From positions 1,664,001 to 1,728,000 of the forward strand of contig OZ245040.1 of NCBI GenBank assembly GCA_965224195.1: a stretch of DNA of 64,000 bases, read 5' to 3'. The position numbers were made by a program, and so were the translations under genes. This document shows positions 12,416-23,334 of this stretch, piece by piece. The stretch comes from Nitrosopumilus sp. (lineage in GTDB: Archaea; Thermoproteota; Nitrososphaeria; Nitrososphaerales; Nitrosopumilaceae). The notes below the pieces were generated by a model, which made no database searches, was not told where the DNA came from, and was given only the letters and a program-made list of their open reading frames with translations. Positions within the stretch are counted from its first letter, which is position 1. The number at the start of each line of letters is the position of its first letter.

Positions 12416-13225
12416 TCAAAGCATTCCGCCAGCCATTTTGAAAATATCTCTAGGATGATCACATATTATCCCAAATCTTTTGTAAATTTCTTCTGTAACT
12501 GTATCTGATTTTCCACCGTAGTAATGGTAAGGTGAAAAAAAGCCCGTATCTGATGATGCTAGTAGTATAGGAGAATCAGATTCACCTAGACTATTTTTAA
12601 AAGTAATTGCCTGTGCAAGGACTCTTTCATCAGGCTCGTTAGTTTTACGCATGAATCGTTCTAATTGTTTTGCTTCCCGTACAATCTGTCCCCCATGAGT
12701 TTGAACTACCTCATCTTTCTGTTCTTTATTCCATTTGGGTTCATTTAAGATTGGTTTTGATCTAATTTTAGATTCTTTCTTTCGTTCATATTTTTTCTTA
12801 TATCTTTGATTATACAATTGACGTAGATCATGTGACATATTTTCCACATCTTTTAGATTTTTTTGTACTTGGCTATTCTCCAATCTTACTCTTTTTAATT
12901 TAGATAGTAGACGTCGCATTTTATGTTCTGAAGAACTAATGATACCAACTGCATCATTGTAAAACCTCTCTTTGACTGCATTATTTGTAAATTTTTTAGG
13001 AACAAACGCATCTTTTACGGCTCTAGATAGAACTCCATAACATTCTGCTTTAACTTGAGGTAGTGCATAACCATCTATAGATTTAGGAGGATGAAATATA
13101 CTGAATAATTGAATTGATTGATCATAGAAAGGATGCTTTACTACTATATCCAACTCATGGATATTTTCCATTATACTTGCTGCCACAATTATATTTGTGT
13201 CTGGAATTATTTTAACATCAGACAT
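12416..13225 (-). CDS. PIN-domain protein (putative RNase toxin)
   Basis: IIPDTNII, AE, PDERVLAQA and LASSDTGF acidic PIN motifs. Confidence 0.8.
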   Translation of the reverse strand: MSDVKIIPDTNIIVAASIMENIHELDIVVKHPFYDQSIQLFSIFHPPKSIDGYALPQVKAECYGVLSRAVKDAFVPKKFTNNAVKERFYNDAVGIISSSEHKMRRLLSKLKRVRLENSQVQKNLKDVENMSHDLRQLYNQRYKKKYERKKESKIRSKPILNEPKWNKEQKDEVVQTHGGQIVREAKQLERFMRKTNEPDERVLAQAITFKNSLGESDSPILLASSDTGFFSPYHYYGGKSDTVTEEIYKRFGIICDHPRDIFKMAGGML

Positions 13226-13246
13226 ATCTTAAAAAAAAATTGGCGA

Positions 13247-14089
13247 TTATGCATCTATTGCCCCTAGCATATACTTCAACAATAGATCAAACAATTTACA
13301 ATCTCTATTGTTGTATCTCCATTCCATTTCTTTGATGTACAACAAAAACTTTCTTGGACTTGCTCCGTGATGCTTTGCCATATTCTCTTTTGCAAAACTC
13401 CAAAACCCCTCAATGCCGTTGATGTATACGTTACCTTTTCCAAACATCTTGCTGTGATCTATTGCGAGATGTTTGTAGCCGTTGAATACAAGTGAGTCAT
13501 ATCTCTTCCACTTGTCAGTATACACGATGCTGCCTTTCTTGACTTTTCTAATCGTACTTTTCAGAAGAGTTTTGGCTTTGACGTTATTTACAATCTCAAC
13601 ATGTACCTTGCCATTTCTCTCTAAAATTCCAAATACAATTGTCTTGTTTTTGGCACCTCTGCCACGATTTCCCTTTCTTCTGCCTCCAAAATACGCCTCA
13701 TCAGCCTCAATTTTTCCTTTCAGAACCTTGTCTGTCTTTGCCAGTTCCTCAAGTATTGAATACCTGATTGTATCAAATGCTTTCAAGGTGGTCTTGTAGC
13801 TTGGACGTACCTGTTCTGATGCAGTCTTTGCAGAAACTGACAGCTCAAAGAGCTTGATTAGTGAGAGCCATGTGGAATATGGAATTCTAATCAAAGAGAA
13901 CTTTGATGCAGAAAACGGTTTGAAATCTTTCTGACATTTTGTGCATCTCATTCTGTCTCTGCTTTTCATGGTGTAGAGAGTTTTGTTTTTGCAGAAAGGA
14001 CAGGGAATATTCTTAGTGTATTTTGATTCTAGGGATTGTATTGGCAATGATTCATCAGAGATTATTTTTGCAAATGATACAAAGTCCAT
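13247..14089 (-). CDS. IS1595-family (ISXO2-like) DDE transposase
   Basis: N-terminal Zn ribbon; IEADEAYFGG, RGRGAKNKTIVFGILER, YTD, INGIEGFWS. Confidence 0.92.
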   Translation of the reverse strand: MDFVSFAKIISDESLPIQSLESKYTKNIPCPFCKNKTLYTMKSRDRMRCTKCQKDFKPFSASKFSLIRIPYSTWLSLIKLFELSVSAKTASEQVRPSYKTTLKAFDTIRYSILEELAKTDKVLKGKIEADEAYFGGRRKGNRGRGAKNKTIVFGILERNGKVHVEIVNNVKAKTLLKSTIRKVKKGSIVYTDKWKRYDSLVFNGYKHLAIDHSKMFGKGNVYINGIEGFWSFAKENMAKHHGASPRKFLLYIKEMEWRYNNRDCKLFDLLLKYMLGAIDA

Positions 14090-14134
14090 CCAACATTGTT
14101 GAAAATTATTCCATAATAATTAGGGGCAGTAGAT
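13253..14134 (-). mobile_element. IS1595-family insertion sequence
   Basis: inverted repeats atctattgccccta (13253-13266) and taggggcagtagat (14121-14134), 13/14 match, around the transposase. Confidence 0.85.
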
Positions 14135-14151
14135 ATCCAATCACCAAAAAA

Positions 14152-14637
14152 TTAAGCATCTAATTTTTGCATCAATGCTGAAAACTGTAATCTTAAATTA
14201 TCTTTATCTAAAGATTCTCTACTTATTTCTAATGATTCGATAAGATTTGTACTTGCAGCTTTATTTCTTAATGAATGTGTTTTAATTAATACATCATCAA
14301 TAGATTGTTTATTGATTTTAAATGATTGAGTTGCATCTAAAATACTGTCAATATTAGGCAATAGCAATAATGAATCCTCTGCAATTTTTGGATTGTCATT
14401 AGCCTTTTGTGAATTTTTAAAACGATATTCCATTTTACCTAATATTAATTCCACATTACGAGCTGCTTGATAAAAATAAAATCCATCTGAATTTTCTACA
14501 TCCAACCATTTACTTTTAATTACTTTTAGAAAATTACGTAAAGTTGTAAGATTATCTAATATGGCAAGATCGACTTTTCCAGTTTCTTCCATTTTATCAA
14601 GTGATTTCTTAATTTCCACTAAAATCTGATTTTTCAT
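14152..14637 (-). CDS. helical hypothetical protein, possible partner of the PIN protein
   Basis: 161-aa ORF co-oriented with the PIN gene and separated from it only by the IS1595. Confidence 0.6.
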   Translation of the reverse strand: MKNQILVEIKKSLDKMEETGKVDLAILDNLTTLRNFLKVIKSKWLDVENSDGFYFYQAARNVELILGKMEYRFKNSQKANDNPKIAEDSLLLLPNIDSILDATQSFKINKQSIDDVLIKTHSLRNKAASTNLIESLEISRESLDKDNLRLQFSALMQKLDA

Positions 14638-14871
14638 ACTTATTCAAACACCTTTTCCACCATTATAATACCATACCGTACGGTTAAACTTTGAGGGGAA
14701 ATTATCAGTAATGATAGCCATGAATTGAACATAATCTTATTTCCTACTAAAATGTATCAATTAATTTATTATTTTATGGTGTGTCATTTCATAAACTAAC
14801 ATAGTACAAACATCAAACTAGAAAATCTACCACTAGCCAAGCACATTTCATGCCCAGTTTAGCGACTTTTC

Positions 14872-15600
14872 TTAATTTTTGCTTGCGTTTTGAATCAATG
14901 TTTTCCATTTATTCACTCCCTGTATAGTAATCCCGCAGGCTTCGGCAGGAGTCTTATTTTCTAAACTCATGTGGGGTCTAACGTAATTGTGGTACAGTTG
15001 ATAACCGTCAATCAATGGAGAATCCATTTTCTTCAATCCCCTAGTGACTTTTTCTCTATCTCGAAATTCACCATTCAATCTCTCCATGGTATTATTGTTC
15101 ATATCTCCAGTAAGGTGAATATGGCGAATGTGGGTGGTTCTCTGCTCCCTTGATCTTGCCCAAAATTCTTTCTTGTATGCGATAGAGTAAGATGGTAAAC
15201 CGTCAGTGATGAAAACTTTGGGAGTGGTCTTTGTTACTTCCTTTGCTTTTTGTAGTAATCCTCTAGCATTGTGACCTTGTTTTCTATTTGCTACTTCTTG
15301 GGCTATCCAGAATTTAGTCTGGTCATCCATTAATGAGAATACATATTTCAATTCTCCACGAATTTTCACATAAACCTCATCTGCTCTCCAAGTGTCACCG
15401 ACTTGTGGGGTTATCTTGTCAAGGTATGCTTTCATTAGTTTTGTATATTTTACAACCCAACAGTAGATGGTCTTGTGAGATACATCAACCCCTTGAAGTT
15501 TGAGGAATTTCTGAACATTTCGTAAGGATTCTCCTGTAAAGTAGAGTTGTAATGATTGAGTGATTATTTCAGGACTTGACTTCATCTTTTCAAAAATCTT
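14872..15600 (-). pseudogene. IS6-family-like DDE transposase, 5'-truncated
   Basis: WRADEVYVK, LMDDQTKF, FITDGLPSY, NNTMERLNGEFR, TPAEACGI; lacks the N-terminal Zn domains of the 43464 paralog. Confidence 0.85.
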
Positions 15601-16233
15601 AGGATGGCGTATACGGGGTAGATTACAAGGTATTTTAATTGGTGTGGATCTTGAGAGTGAAAATACCAAATTAAAAGATGAAAATATACGAATGAAACTT
15701 CAAAATGAAGAATATAAAAAAAATACCATTATAGCACTTACCGAACTCAAAGACAAGAACAGTTTAGTTGAACAATATGAAAAGGCATTAGGAATTAAAC
15801 ACTCTTGAATATTATTCGTTGTCCCAAATGCAAATATGATTTAATTTCAGAAGAATACAATACTCATATTTGTAAAGAGATCTCGGATTATAAAATAGAG
15901 AAAGGATTGGTTTTTTTCTATGATGGAGAATTATGGTATCCCTCTTTTTTCCTAAAACAACCGAAAAGTAACACGGAGAAAACTACTGACAAGGAAACAG
16001 AGCCCTTGGGCTCCAGTCGTGGTGTTGCAACTAGTTGTTACTGTGATGGTGTGTTTGATACTTTATCACTGATGGTCTTTAGCATGCCTTGGGCAGCCTT
16101 TTCTTTTTGGTCCTCAGAGGCTGCTGCAGGCCTCAGTGCCCAGTCAATTGCAGGTTTTTCTGGTTCTGCGAATTTTTCTTCCGTGATAATACTATGCCAT
16201 AAAGTATTAAAGTATGTGTACCATACCACACAC

Positions 16234-16374
16234 ATGTCAAAACGTATAACCATCATGATGGATGACGAAAACGACACAAAACTGCGCAAATTACAAGCCC
16301 AGCAAATTCAAAAGACAAACAGCAGCGTTAGCTATTCAAAAATGCTAAACACTGTACTAGAAAAGGCATTATAG
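16234..16374 (+). CDS. ribbon-helix-helix-like small protein
   Basis: MSKRITIMMDDENDTKLRKLQAQQIQKTNSSVSYSKMLNTVL from ATG 16234. Confidence 0.65.
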   Translation: MSKRITIMMDDENDTKLRKLQAQQIQKTNSSVSYSKMLNTVLEKAL

Positions 16375-16394
16375 TTTTGTACAAAAATTATTTT

Positions 16395-16679
16395 TTATGT
16401 ATGGTGCAATCCATACACTTTTTGTAAAATATCCGGGATAGGATTGGCTCGTCCAGCCCTGTCAGGCATTGCTTTTGCAGCCTCTGCTACAGCAAAGATC
16501 CATATTTTTTTATGTATTCTTGGGTATTGCGGGATATCTGCAGGCTCTTTTATGGATTGCAGGCACAGTTGATTTTTACACCGGTGCTCATTTACTTTAT
16601 GGACTGTATCGCCTTTTTTTATCTCAATACCGCAATGCTTACATTTACTGTCAAACTTTGACTGCATTGTATTTGGCAT
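16395..16679 (-). CDS. small CxxC/HxC protein, paralog of 32720-33073 and 47492-47696
   Basis: MQSKFDSKCKHC..IKKGD....NEHRCKN. Confidence 0.6.
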   Translation of the reverse strand: MPNTMQSKFDSKCKHCGIEIKKGDTVHKVNEHRCKNQLCLQSIKEPADIPQYPRIHKKIWIFAVAEAAKAMPDRAGRANPIPDILQKVYGLHHT

Positions 16680-17024
16680 GAATATAATAATAAAGTATGA
16701 TTATTAAGTGATGCCGCAAGTATGAAAAACGGTTCTGTGTAGTTGACAGTTGGCATTGTTTGCTACCTGCTTTGGCAGAAGTTTTTCCCTTCAAGCCCGT
16801 ATAACATCTGTAAATGTGTATAAATAATTAATATTTGCTCACAATACGATCATAATGCGGGTAAACTGTAAAAGAAACCTTTTGCATCCCATGTAGATAC
16901 AAGTATCAAAAGAAACTTGGCGGGAGGTGCGCCCTATCTGCAACAAGCTTGCAGGGACAAAAAGGCGTTTTGTGAAAAACCGCATATATGATGTGAATGT
17001 ATTGTAAAAAATTAGTGTAAAAAA

Positions 17025-17441
17025 TTAATGCAATATTTTAGGCAACTTTTTAACCACATAAACCAAAGACATACGGCCTGGACCTGCAATCATAATTATC
17101 AGACTGGCTGCCAATAATATCAAGTCAAACTCAACTCCCCCCTTGCCTGTAATGGTTCCAGCTCCCTTTACTGCAAATATTGCACCCATCATAATTACAG
17201 AAAGCATTGCAGATGATATCTTGCTTAGTATGCCGATGATTAACAGCACACCTGGAATAATTTCAGCCAGTGCAATTGGTATTTGCATTTCTGGCGGGAG
17301 CCCCATATGTGGTAGGTTCTCTGCAAAGCCTGGTGCAAATTTTGAGATGCCATGTAAGATAAAGATTACACCAATGGTACTGCGTAGTCCCATAAATGTG
17401 GCATCATTAAAAATTGATTGTTTAAGATCGGGTAATGCCAA
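17025..17441 (-). CDS. DoxX family membrane protein
   Basis: LRSTIGVIFILHGISKF, GGVEFDLILL, GPGRMSL; four TM segments. Confidence 0.9.
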   Translation of the reverse strand: MALPDLKQSIFNDATFMGLRSTIGVIFILHGISKFAPGFAENLPHMGLPPEMQIPIALAEIIPGVLLIIGILSKISSAMLSVIMMGAIFAVKGAGTITGKGGVEFDLILLAASLIIMIAGPGRMSLVYVVKKLPKILH

Positions 17442-17745
17442 TGATATAATTACTGATTATTTAGCATATAATAATTTCGGTGCAAGACACTATTATGCTG
17501 TAATAAAAAATTACGTTCCGCACCATATGAGATTAACAATAGAGCAATCATTTTGATTTTCTGCGTATTTTTTAACGGCAAGATGTTCGCAATACCTTCT
17601 TGCAACAAGGACATCGGTTGCCATCATAGTCAAGTATAACAACACAAAACGTACAACGCCTCTTTCCCTTTGTATATATGCCTCGCACCCCTTGGGACAT
17701 TGACTGAAATTTTTTGCATAGCCCTGGGCATTTTTGTGGCATTTA

Positions 17746-17761
17746 AAAAAAAGAAAGGGGG
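17746..17761 (-). terminator. T-rich archaeal terminator after the S-layer fragment
   Basis: pyrimidine tract ending in T8 on the - strand just after the stop codon. Confidence 0.5.
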
Positions 17762-17777
17762 AAATTTGAACTAGTTT

Positions 17778-19142
17778 CTAACTCACAGTTATCGTTATAT
17801 CGACTGGAGGACTTAGCGCAGTTGGTTTATCAACTGACTCCCATGCAAATGCAGTAACAGAAAAGCTACCACTTTGTGGTGGAATCCATGATAGTGCCGG
17901 TGCAAATGATTGACCAGGATTCAATGAACCTTTAAGCCATGCCAATGAAACGGTTACCCCGGTTTCATCTTGAATCTGTACCAAGTATGCAAATGCTTGC
18001 TCTCTGTCCTGACCATTACTCAAATCAGCTGTTATCTCCACCTGTTGATCAACGGAGACAGCATCCAAGCTGTTTCCAAATGCATCAACTGTTCTCAAGT
18101 TAGTAATTGGTACTCTCTCAAGAGGTGGTACTACAGTACCGATTAGGGTAGTGGCAGTGACATCAAGCTCGTCTGCAGTTGTGAACGGATTTGGAAGTGT
18201 ATTGTCCCCATATTCTGCGGTGACAGTGTCACCTTCTGCGACTCTGAGTCTGTGGCCGGATGATCCGTCGGTAATTGTGAAGAACACAGTACCTTCGAAT
18301 ATTCCAGTTGCCTCATTAGTCTCAGTTACAGTAAGGGCAATACCTCCAGAATCCGAATCAGAGTACACGTCAACTTTAAAGTTGTCGACTGATTCTGGAT
18401 TTAAGTTCATGTCTGGGTCAATAATTCGCAAAACACCTGTTCCGCTAGCTGGATAGCTTGCCTCAAGCCATTGTACCTCACCAATATTCCATCTAATTAA
18501 TGATGAACCGATTACTGTTTCATCCTCTGAGTATTCAAAGGATACGGACAGTCCGTCATCATCAGCAGCAGGCAAGTATCCACTTGTTGGACCTGCTCCT
18601 CTAGCTTGGTTGGATATCACATCATTACCTGATGCATCACCAGTTGTACTGTCACCATCAGCATTGTGTGGAAATCCTGTTAGGATTACTTCACCTGTAA
18701 ATATGCCTGTGTCAGCACCAGTCTCGACTAGCTTGTATTTGTCAAGATTAGATCCTCTGGTAGAGACCTTTATGGGGTCTGCATCAGTATTTCCAATCTC
18801 ATCAATCAAGTCGCCATCGAAGTTATGGTCTGGAGCTACTATGGTAATGTAGACTTTGTCAGTCCATGTGTAGACTTTTTGGTCAAGTTCTATCGTTGCG
18901 CCAAAGTTGGATGTGAAGAGTTTGACATTTACGTCCTCATCCTCATGTCCTACATAATTGGCACCACTTGGACCCCAGTCAGTATACTCGAGTTCGATCT
19001 CTTCGCCTCGTTCAAGGTTAGTACCGCCTATAGATTCTGGAATCTCAATTACAATCTGGAAGATGCCTGTAGCATCACCTGTTTCTCTTAGATTAGATGG
19101 CTCAGGATCAAAGGCTGCAGCATCATCACCATCGTTACCCAT
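17778..19142 (-). pseudogene. C-terminal 454 aa of a thaumarchaeal S-layer protein (Nmar_1547/1201-like), 5'-truncated
   Basis: repeated ETGxxTGIF motifs; ends AFAWESVDKPTALSPPVDITITVS; no signal peptide. Confidence 0.85.
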
Positions 19143-19144
19143 GA

Positions 19145-19276
19145 GTATCTCCTGAAGATATTATTTGTGATGATGAAAAAGTTGTAATCGTAAGAAATTC
19201 TTCAGGTCTAGCAACATGTGTTTCAGACAGTACAGCTGCCATTTTGATAGATAGAGGTATAGCTTTATACCCATAA
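19145..19276 (+). pseudogene. 3' fragment of a thaumarchaeal surface/secreted protein
   Basis: manual translation VSPEDIICDDEKVVIVRNSSGLATCVSDSTAAILIDRGIALYP*, resembling the C...CV...L..RG C-terminal domain. Confidence 0.55.
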
Positions 19277-19321
19277 TTTTTTTTATTTTTTAGTTTCAAA
19301 AATTATTAGATATTGTCAAGG

Positions 19322-19756
19322 TTATAGTTTAGATTTAACATAATCATGATCATAGCACGTAAGTTCTAACTTGTTTCCATCAGGATCATCAAAATAAATT
19401 GAATACGACGCATCATGATCTATCATCATTTTTTCTTTAGTAACTCTGTTGCCTAGTAAAAACAACTCCACATTATTTAGATGATTTAGAAAATCAATAA
19501 ATTTCTCTCCAGAAGTACTAAATGCCATTCGGTTAATAGAACCATCTGTATCTTTTGTACCATTAATCAATGCAAGTTTGACTGTTCTGTCTTTGTTTCC
19601 AATGAACAGTGGTCCAATTTTTTCCCACATACTCAGTTCGTCAATTGGATTTAAACCAAAAATTTCACCATACCATTTTGCAGCATTATCTCTATCTTTT
19701 ACAAAAACTTCAATGTGATCAATATCATCTATGGTAAAATTAGACATACTATTCAA
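19322..19756 (-). CDS. VOC/glyoxalase family protein
   Basis: IDHIEVFVKDRDNAAKWYGEIFGL and SIYFDDPDGNKLEL. Confidence 0.9.
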   Translation of the reverse strand: MNSMSNFTIDDIDHIEVFVKDRDNAAKWYGEIFGLNPIDELSMWEKIGPLFIGNKDRTVKLALINGTKDTDGSINRMAFSTSGEKFIDFLNHLNNVELFLLGNRVTKEKMMIDHDASYSIYFDDPDGNKLELTCYDHDYVKSKL

Positions 19757-19846
19757 TTATAATTTTGTATATTAGTAATTTTTGAATTTAATTTCAATTA
19801 GACTAAAGCTAAATTAGAGTGGATATAACAATTGAGCCCATTATTA

Positions 19847-20912
19847 GATGAGTTGTGCAATTAGTCCAATTTGAGTATAATCTCAACATTTTCTAATCAT
19901 AAGATCCAAAGCTAAGGCTGAATTATTTTCAATTCATGTTTAATTGCACAAAACTGGCAAAAAAACCAAAGCAATTCCTGTCAATAGCAGGACTAACTGT
20001 TCCACAATTTGATTCCCTATACAAGGAAATAAAGAAAAATTGCAAAACTGCAGAACAAAAGGGACTGTCCAAAAATAGAGAAAGAGACATTGGTGCAGGA
20101 CACAAGTTTGACTTGTCCTTCAAAGACAGAATTCTAATGTTTTTCATGTACTACAGAATGTACACAACATATGACATGCCAGGGATGATGTTTGATTTGG
20201 ACAAACCAAACGTAATGAGAAACATCGGATGTTTGGAGCCTGCAGTGAAGCAGTCCATATAATTGCTGCCAAAAAATATGCAGACTCAAAAAAGATTAAC
20301 GGCATGCAGGAATTGCAGGAATTCTTTCCGGAATTAGTTGCAATCACTGATGGCACAGAACAGCCCATCCCAAGACCAAAAAACAAAAAGAAAAGAAAGA
20401 CACACCATTCAGGCAAAAAGAAAAAACATGCAGTACAAAATCAAATCGCCATAAATCTTGATGGGATAACAATCCACAAATCTGCACATTCGCCTGGCAG
20501 CCATCATGATTACAGAATTTACAAATCAAAGCATCCAACATTGTCTGAAGGGTTGTCGCAGTCTTATGATCTTGGATATTTGGGGATGGAAAAAGACTTT
20601 CCAGAACAGGCAAGTGTTTTGCCATACAAGAAAAAGAAAGGAAAAAAATTGACTGTTACTCAAAAGGAGTGGAACAAGATGCAGTCAAAAATTAGAATAA
20701 AAGTTGAACATGCTATTGCACAAGTCAGGCAATTTCGGATAAATCGCGATGTGTTTAGAAACAAATTATGCAGATATGATGTGACAAGTGAAATTGTTTG
20801 TGGGACTGTCAATTTCAAGATTAAATGGAAAGAAGAATTCATTACAATTCCATAAAATTAAAAATTAAATGATAGAAAAGTTAGATTTTTGTTTGCAATT
20901 ACGCAACTCATC
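19847..20912 (+). mobile_element. IS5/IS4-like (DDE_Tnp_4) insertion sequence, copy 1; transposase frameshifted near 20257
   Basis: ends gatgagttgtgcaa...ttacgcaactcatc flanked by TA on both sides; ORFs 19936-20262 and 20229-20855; DGTEQPI, DLGYLG, RIKVEHAI. Confidence 0.92.
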
Positions 20913-21207
20913 TAGAAGATTCAACAAAACCTCCCCAAAATTTTCAATAGTAATCTAAGAATTATAATAGTTCTAGGCACAATTTAGAGAATTATAATAG
21001 AATTAAAGCTAAGAAAATTACAAGCAATTTTCACGAGCAACCAATTTCTAATGACTAGAATCGGATCTTCATACAAAATTTTGAAAATTTCTGTAGAAAA
21101 TCAATCATAATTCACTTAGATAAATTTCATATTTTATTCAAAGTATCTAATATTTAGTCTTAAATTAGTGCAAAACTATATAAATTAAAGCATTGTAATA
21201 ATACTAA

Positions 21208-23334
21208 ATGGATATCACTTCAATAAAGCTTCTCAAATCATTAGTTGAAGGACAAAAAGAAACAAACGAATTGATGAGTCTGCTAGGAATAAAGGAAAGA
21301 CGGTTAGCATACATAACAAAAAATCTTGTGGAAGAAGATTACATAGAAAAAGAAAATACAGTAATCAGATTAAAAGAAACACCAAAAGCTATACTGTTTA
21401 GAGATATTACACAGGTTGTAGATGTTGAGAAATTACTTCGTGATTCAAATGAAATAATACTTTCCAACATAGATGTAAACATTACAGTAGATCAATTAAT
21501 AAAAAAATCAGGATTATCAAAGACAACAACCTATAGATCTATTTCAGATTTACAATCCATTGGGTCTGTCCTAAAAAATGAAGATGTGATAAACATTGAT
21601 GAATCAAAAGAACAACTAGTTTTATTTACAAAATTATTAAAAACTGAAAGAGAGAGAAAATATGAAGATGGAAACACCGAAATTATTTATAATAATAACT
21701 CAACAATATTACGAAAAACCCCAAGTGGAAAAGTTGCAAAAGGTGCAACAACAGGATTTACACTATTTTCAGATTATGATATAGAATATCAAACTACGCA
21801 TGATTATTTTTGTGAACAAAAAAATGATTTAGAAATACAAGATGTGTTATTACATGCAGTTTATTCTGCAAATTATTCAAAAAATAAAATGGAATTATTA
21901 ATTGCAATTGTTTTTTATGTAAAACACAAGGACAATATGGATATTCTACAATTACGAAAAAATGCAACAGGGTTAGGAATATCAGAAATTTGGTTAGATA
22001 TTGAAGCTTACATACGTAGAAAACAATTGAAAAATACACATTTATTTTTGCCATGGGATGAATTTCTATCCAAAGCAAAATTATATGATATACCAATTGA
22101 AAAATACACATTACCAAAACCAAGTAATTTATTGTTTAGAGAAATTAGTGATGAGCTAAAAGAATCAAAAACAATATATCTATTTGGTGGAGAAAATATG
22201 AGAATAAAATCATTAAAGGATAGTACAAAAGACTGTGACATAGTAGTAGAAAACAAGGATGATTTTGAACATTTAGCTGAAATTCTTACTAAGATGGAAT
22301 ATGAAAGAAGATTAGAAACAAAGTATTCTGATGAAGATAGAAGAATAAAACCAGATGATATTTTTGAACATGATAAAAAAAGCAGGATTGATCTATTCAC
22401 ATCTACAATAATGCAAGATCTATCGCTATCCTCAACTATGAAAGAAAGAGCAGACATTAGAGATTATGGAAAATTAAAGGTAGGATTACTAAGAAATGAG
22501 GATGTATTTTTACTCAAAGCAATAGCAAATAGAGAAGGAGACATACAAGATATGGCTGCATTAGTCACAGGTAGTCCAAATACACCTCATGAATTACAAC
22601 ATGGCTCTTTTGATTGGGAATTGGTTTGGGAGGAAATTCTAAGACAAGAACACATTAACCACACAAAAGATCTTACAGCAACTATTTTTGATCAAATATC
22701 ATACCTTGCAAAACAAACAGGTATTGTTGCCCCATTTCTAGAAAAACTAAGGAGACATGTCATAGATGTAATGATCAAAAGATTAGTACGTGGTGGCAGT
22801 ATACCAATAAAAGAAATTGTTGAATTGTTGAATGGGGGAGATATTACCGAACCAATGATTCGAAATAGAACTGATGCATTAGAAAAAAGTGAAACAATTC
22901 AGAAATATTCTGTTGGAAGAATAACATATATCAAACTATTAAAAAATAATGAATATTCTGAAAAAGAATTAGAGATTAATACTCATCGTTTTAAAACCTA
23001 TCTTGATTGGCGTTTCGCTATTAGACAAAAACAATCAGATCAAAATATTCAAGAATTTGTAGAAGAACTACAAGATCTAGGATTTCAAACAATTGGAGAA
23101 ATTGATAAAATAATTAGGAATTCTACTGAAATATTAAAGCAATATGAAAATGAGCAGTTTTCAAAACGCCATTTTGATGCAGTTGGTGCAACAAGAATTT
23201 GTGTTGGATTAAACTATTCAGATCTTGGCAAGAAACGTTCATCAGAATATTTCATAAGCCAATTTGAAAAATATAATCATATAGCAAGAGGTAAGTTTAT
23301 TCCTGAATATCCAGTTAAAATGGTGAGAATATGA
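21208..23334 (+). CDS. fused wHTH/AbiEi-like plus Pol-beta-fold nucleotidyltransferase (DUF6036/AbiEii-like) protein
   Basis: two N-terminal HTH regions; FLPWDEF..A..Y; IYLFGGENM...STKDCDIVV; RIDLF; LLKAIANREGDIQD. Confidence 0.85.
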   Translation: MDITSIKLLKSLVEGQKETNELMSLLGIKERRLAYITKNLVEEDYIEKENTVIRLKETPKAILFRDITQVVDVEKLLRDSNEIILSNIDVNITVDQLIKKSGLSKTTTYRSISDLQSIGSVLKNEDVINIDESKEQLVLFTKLLKTERERKYEDGNTEIIYNNNSTILRKTPSGKVAKGATTGFTLFSDYDIEYQTTHDYFCEQKNDLEIQDVLLHAVYSANYSKNKMELLIAIVFYVKHKDNMDILQLRKNATGLGISEIWLDIEAYIRRKQLKNTHLFLPWDEFLSKAKLYDIPIEKYTLPKPSNLLFREISDELKESKTIYLFGGENMRIKSLKDSTKDCDIVVENKDDFEHLAEILTKMEYERRLETKYSDEDRRIKPDDIFEHDKKSRIDLFTSTIMQDLSLSSTMKERADIRDYGKLKVGLLRNEDVFLLKAIANREGDIQDMAALVTGSPNTPHELQHGSFDWELVWEEILRQEHINHTKDLTATIFDQISYLAKQTGIVAPFLEKLRRHVIDVMIKRLVRGGSIPIKEIVELLNGGDITEPMIRNRTDALEKSETIQKYSVGRITYIKLLKNNEYSEKELEINTHRFKTYLDWRFAIRQKQSDQNIQEFVEELQDLGFQTIGEIDKIIRNSTEILKQYENEQFSKRHFDAVGATRICVGLNYSDLGKKRSSEYFISQFEKYNHIARGKFIPEYPVKMVRI

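Larger units (their letters stand above)
12345..16004. mobile_element. IS6-like composite element with 47-bp imperfect terminal inverted repeats
   Basis: 12345-12391 ggttctgtttccttgtcggtggttttattcgtgttacttttcggttg versus reverse complement of 15958-16004 ggctctgtttccttgtcagtagttttctccgtgttacttttcggttg; encloses an IS6-type transposase fragment. Confidence 0.8.

Noticed and set aside
12016-12462. 148-aa ORF
   Set aside because: Chimera of TIR sequence and a short GNAT remnant (WRVESHKFYKNLGF).
15805-16374. 189-aa ORF as a single gene
   Set aside because: It reads across the TIR at 16004, joining a Zn-finger fragment to an unrelated RHH gene.
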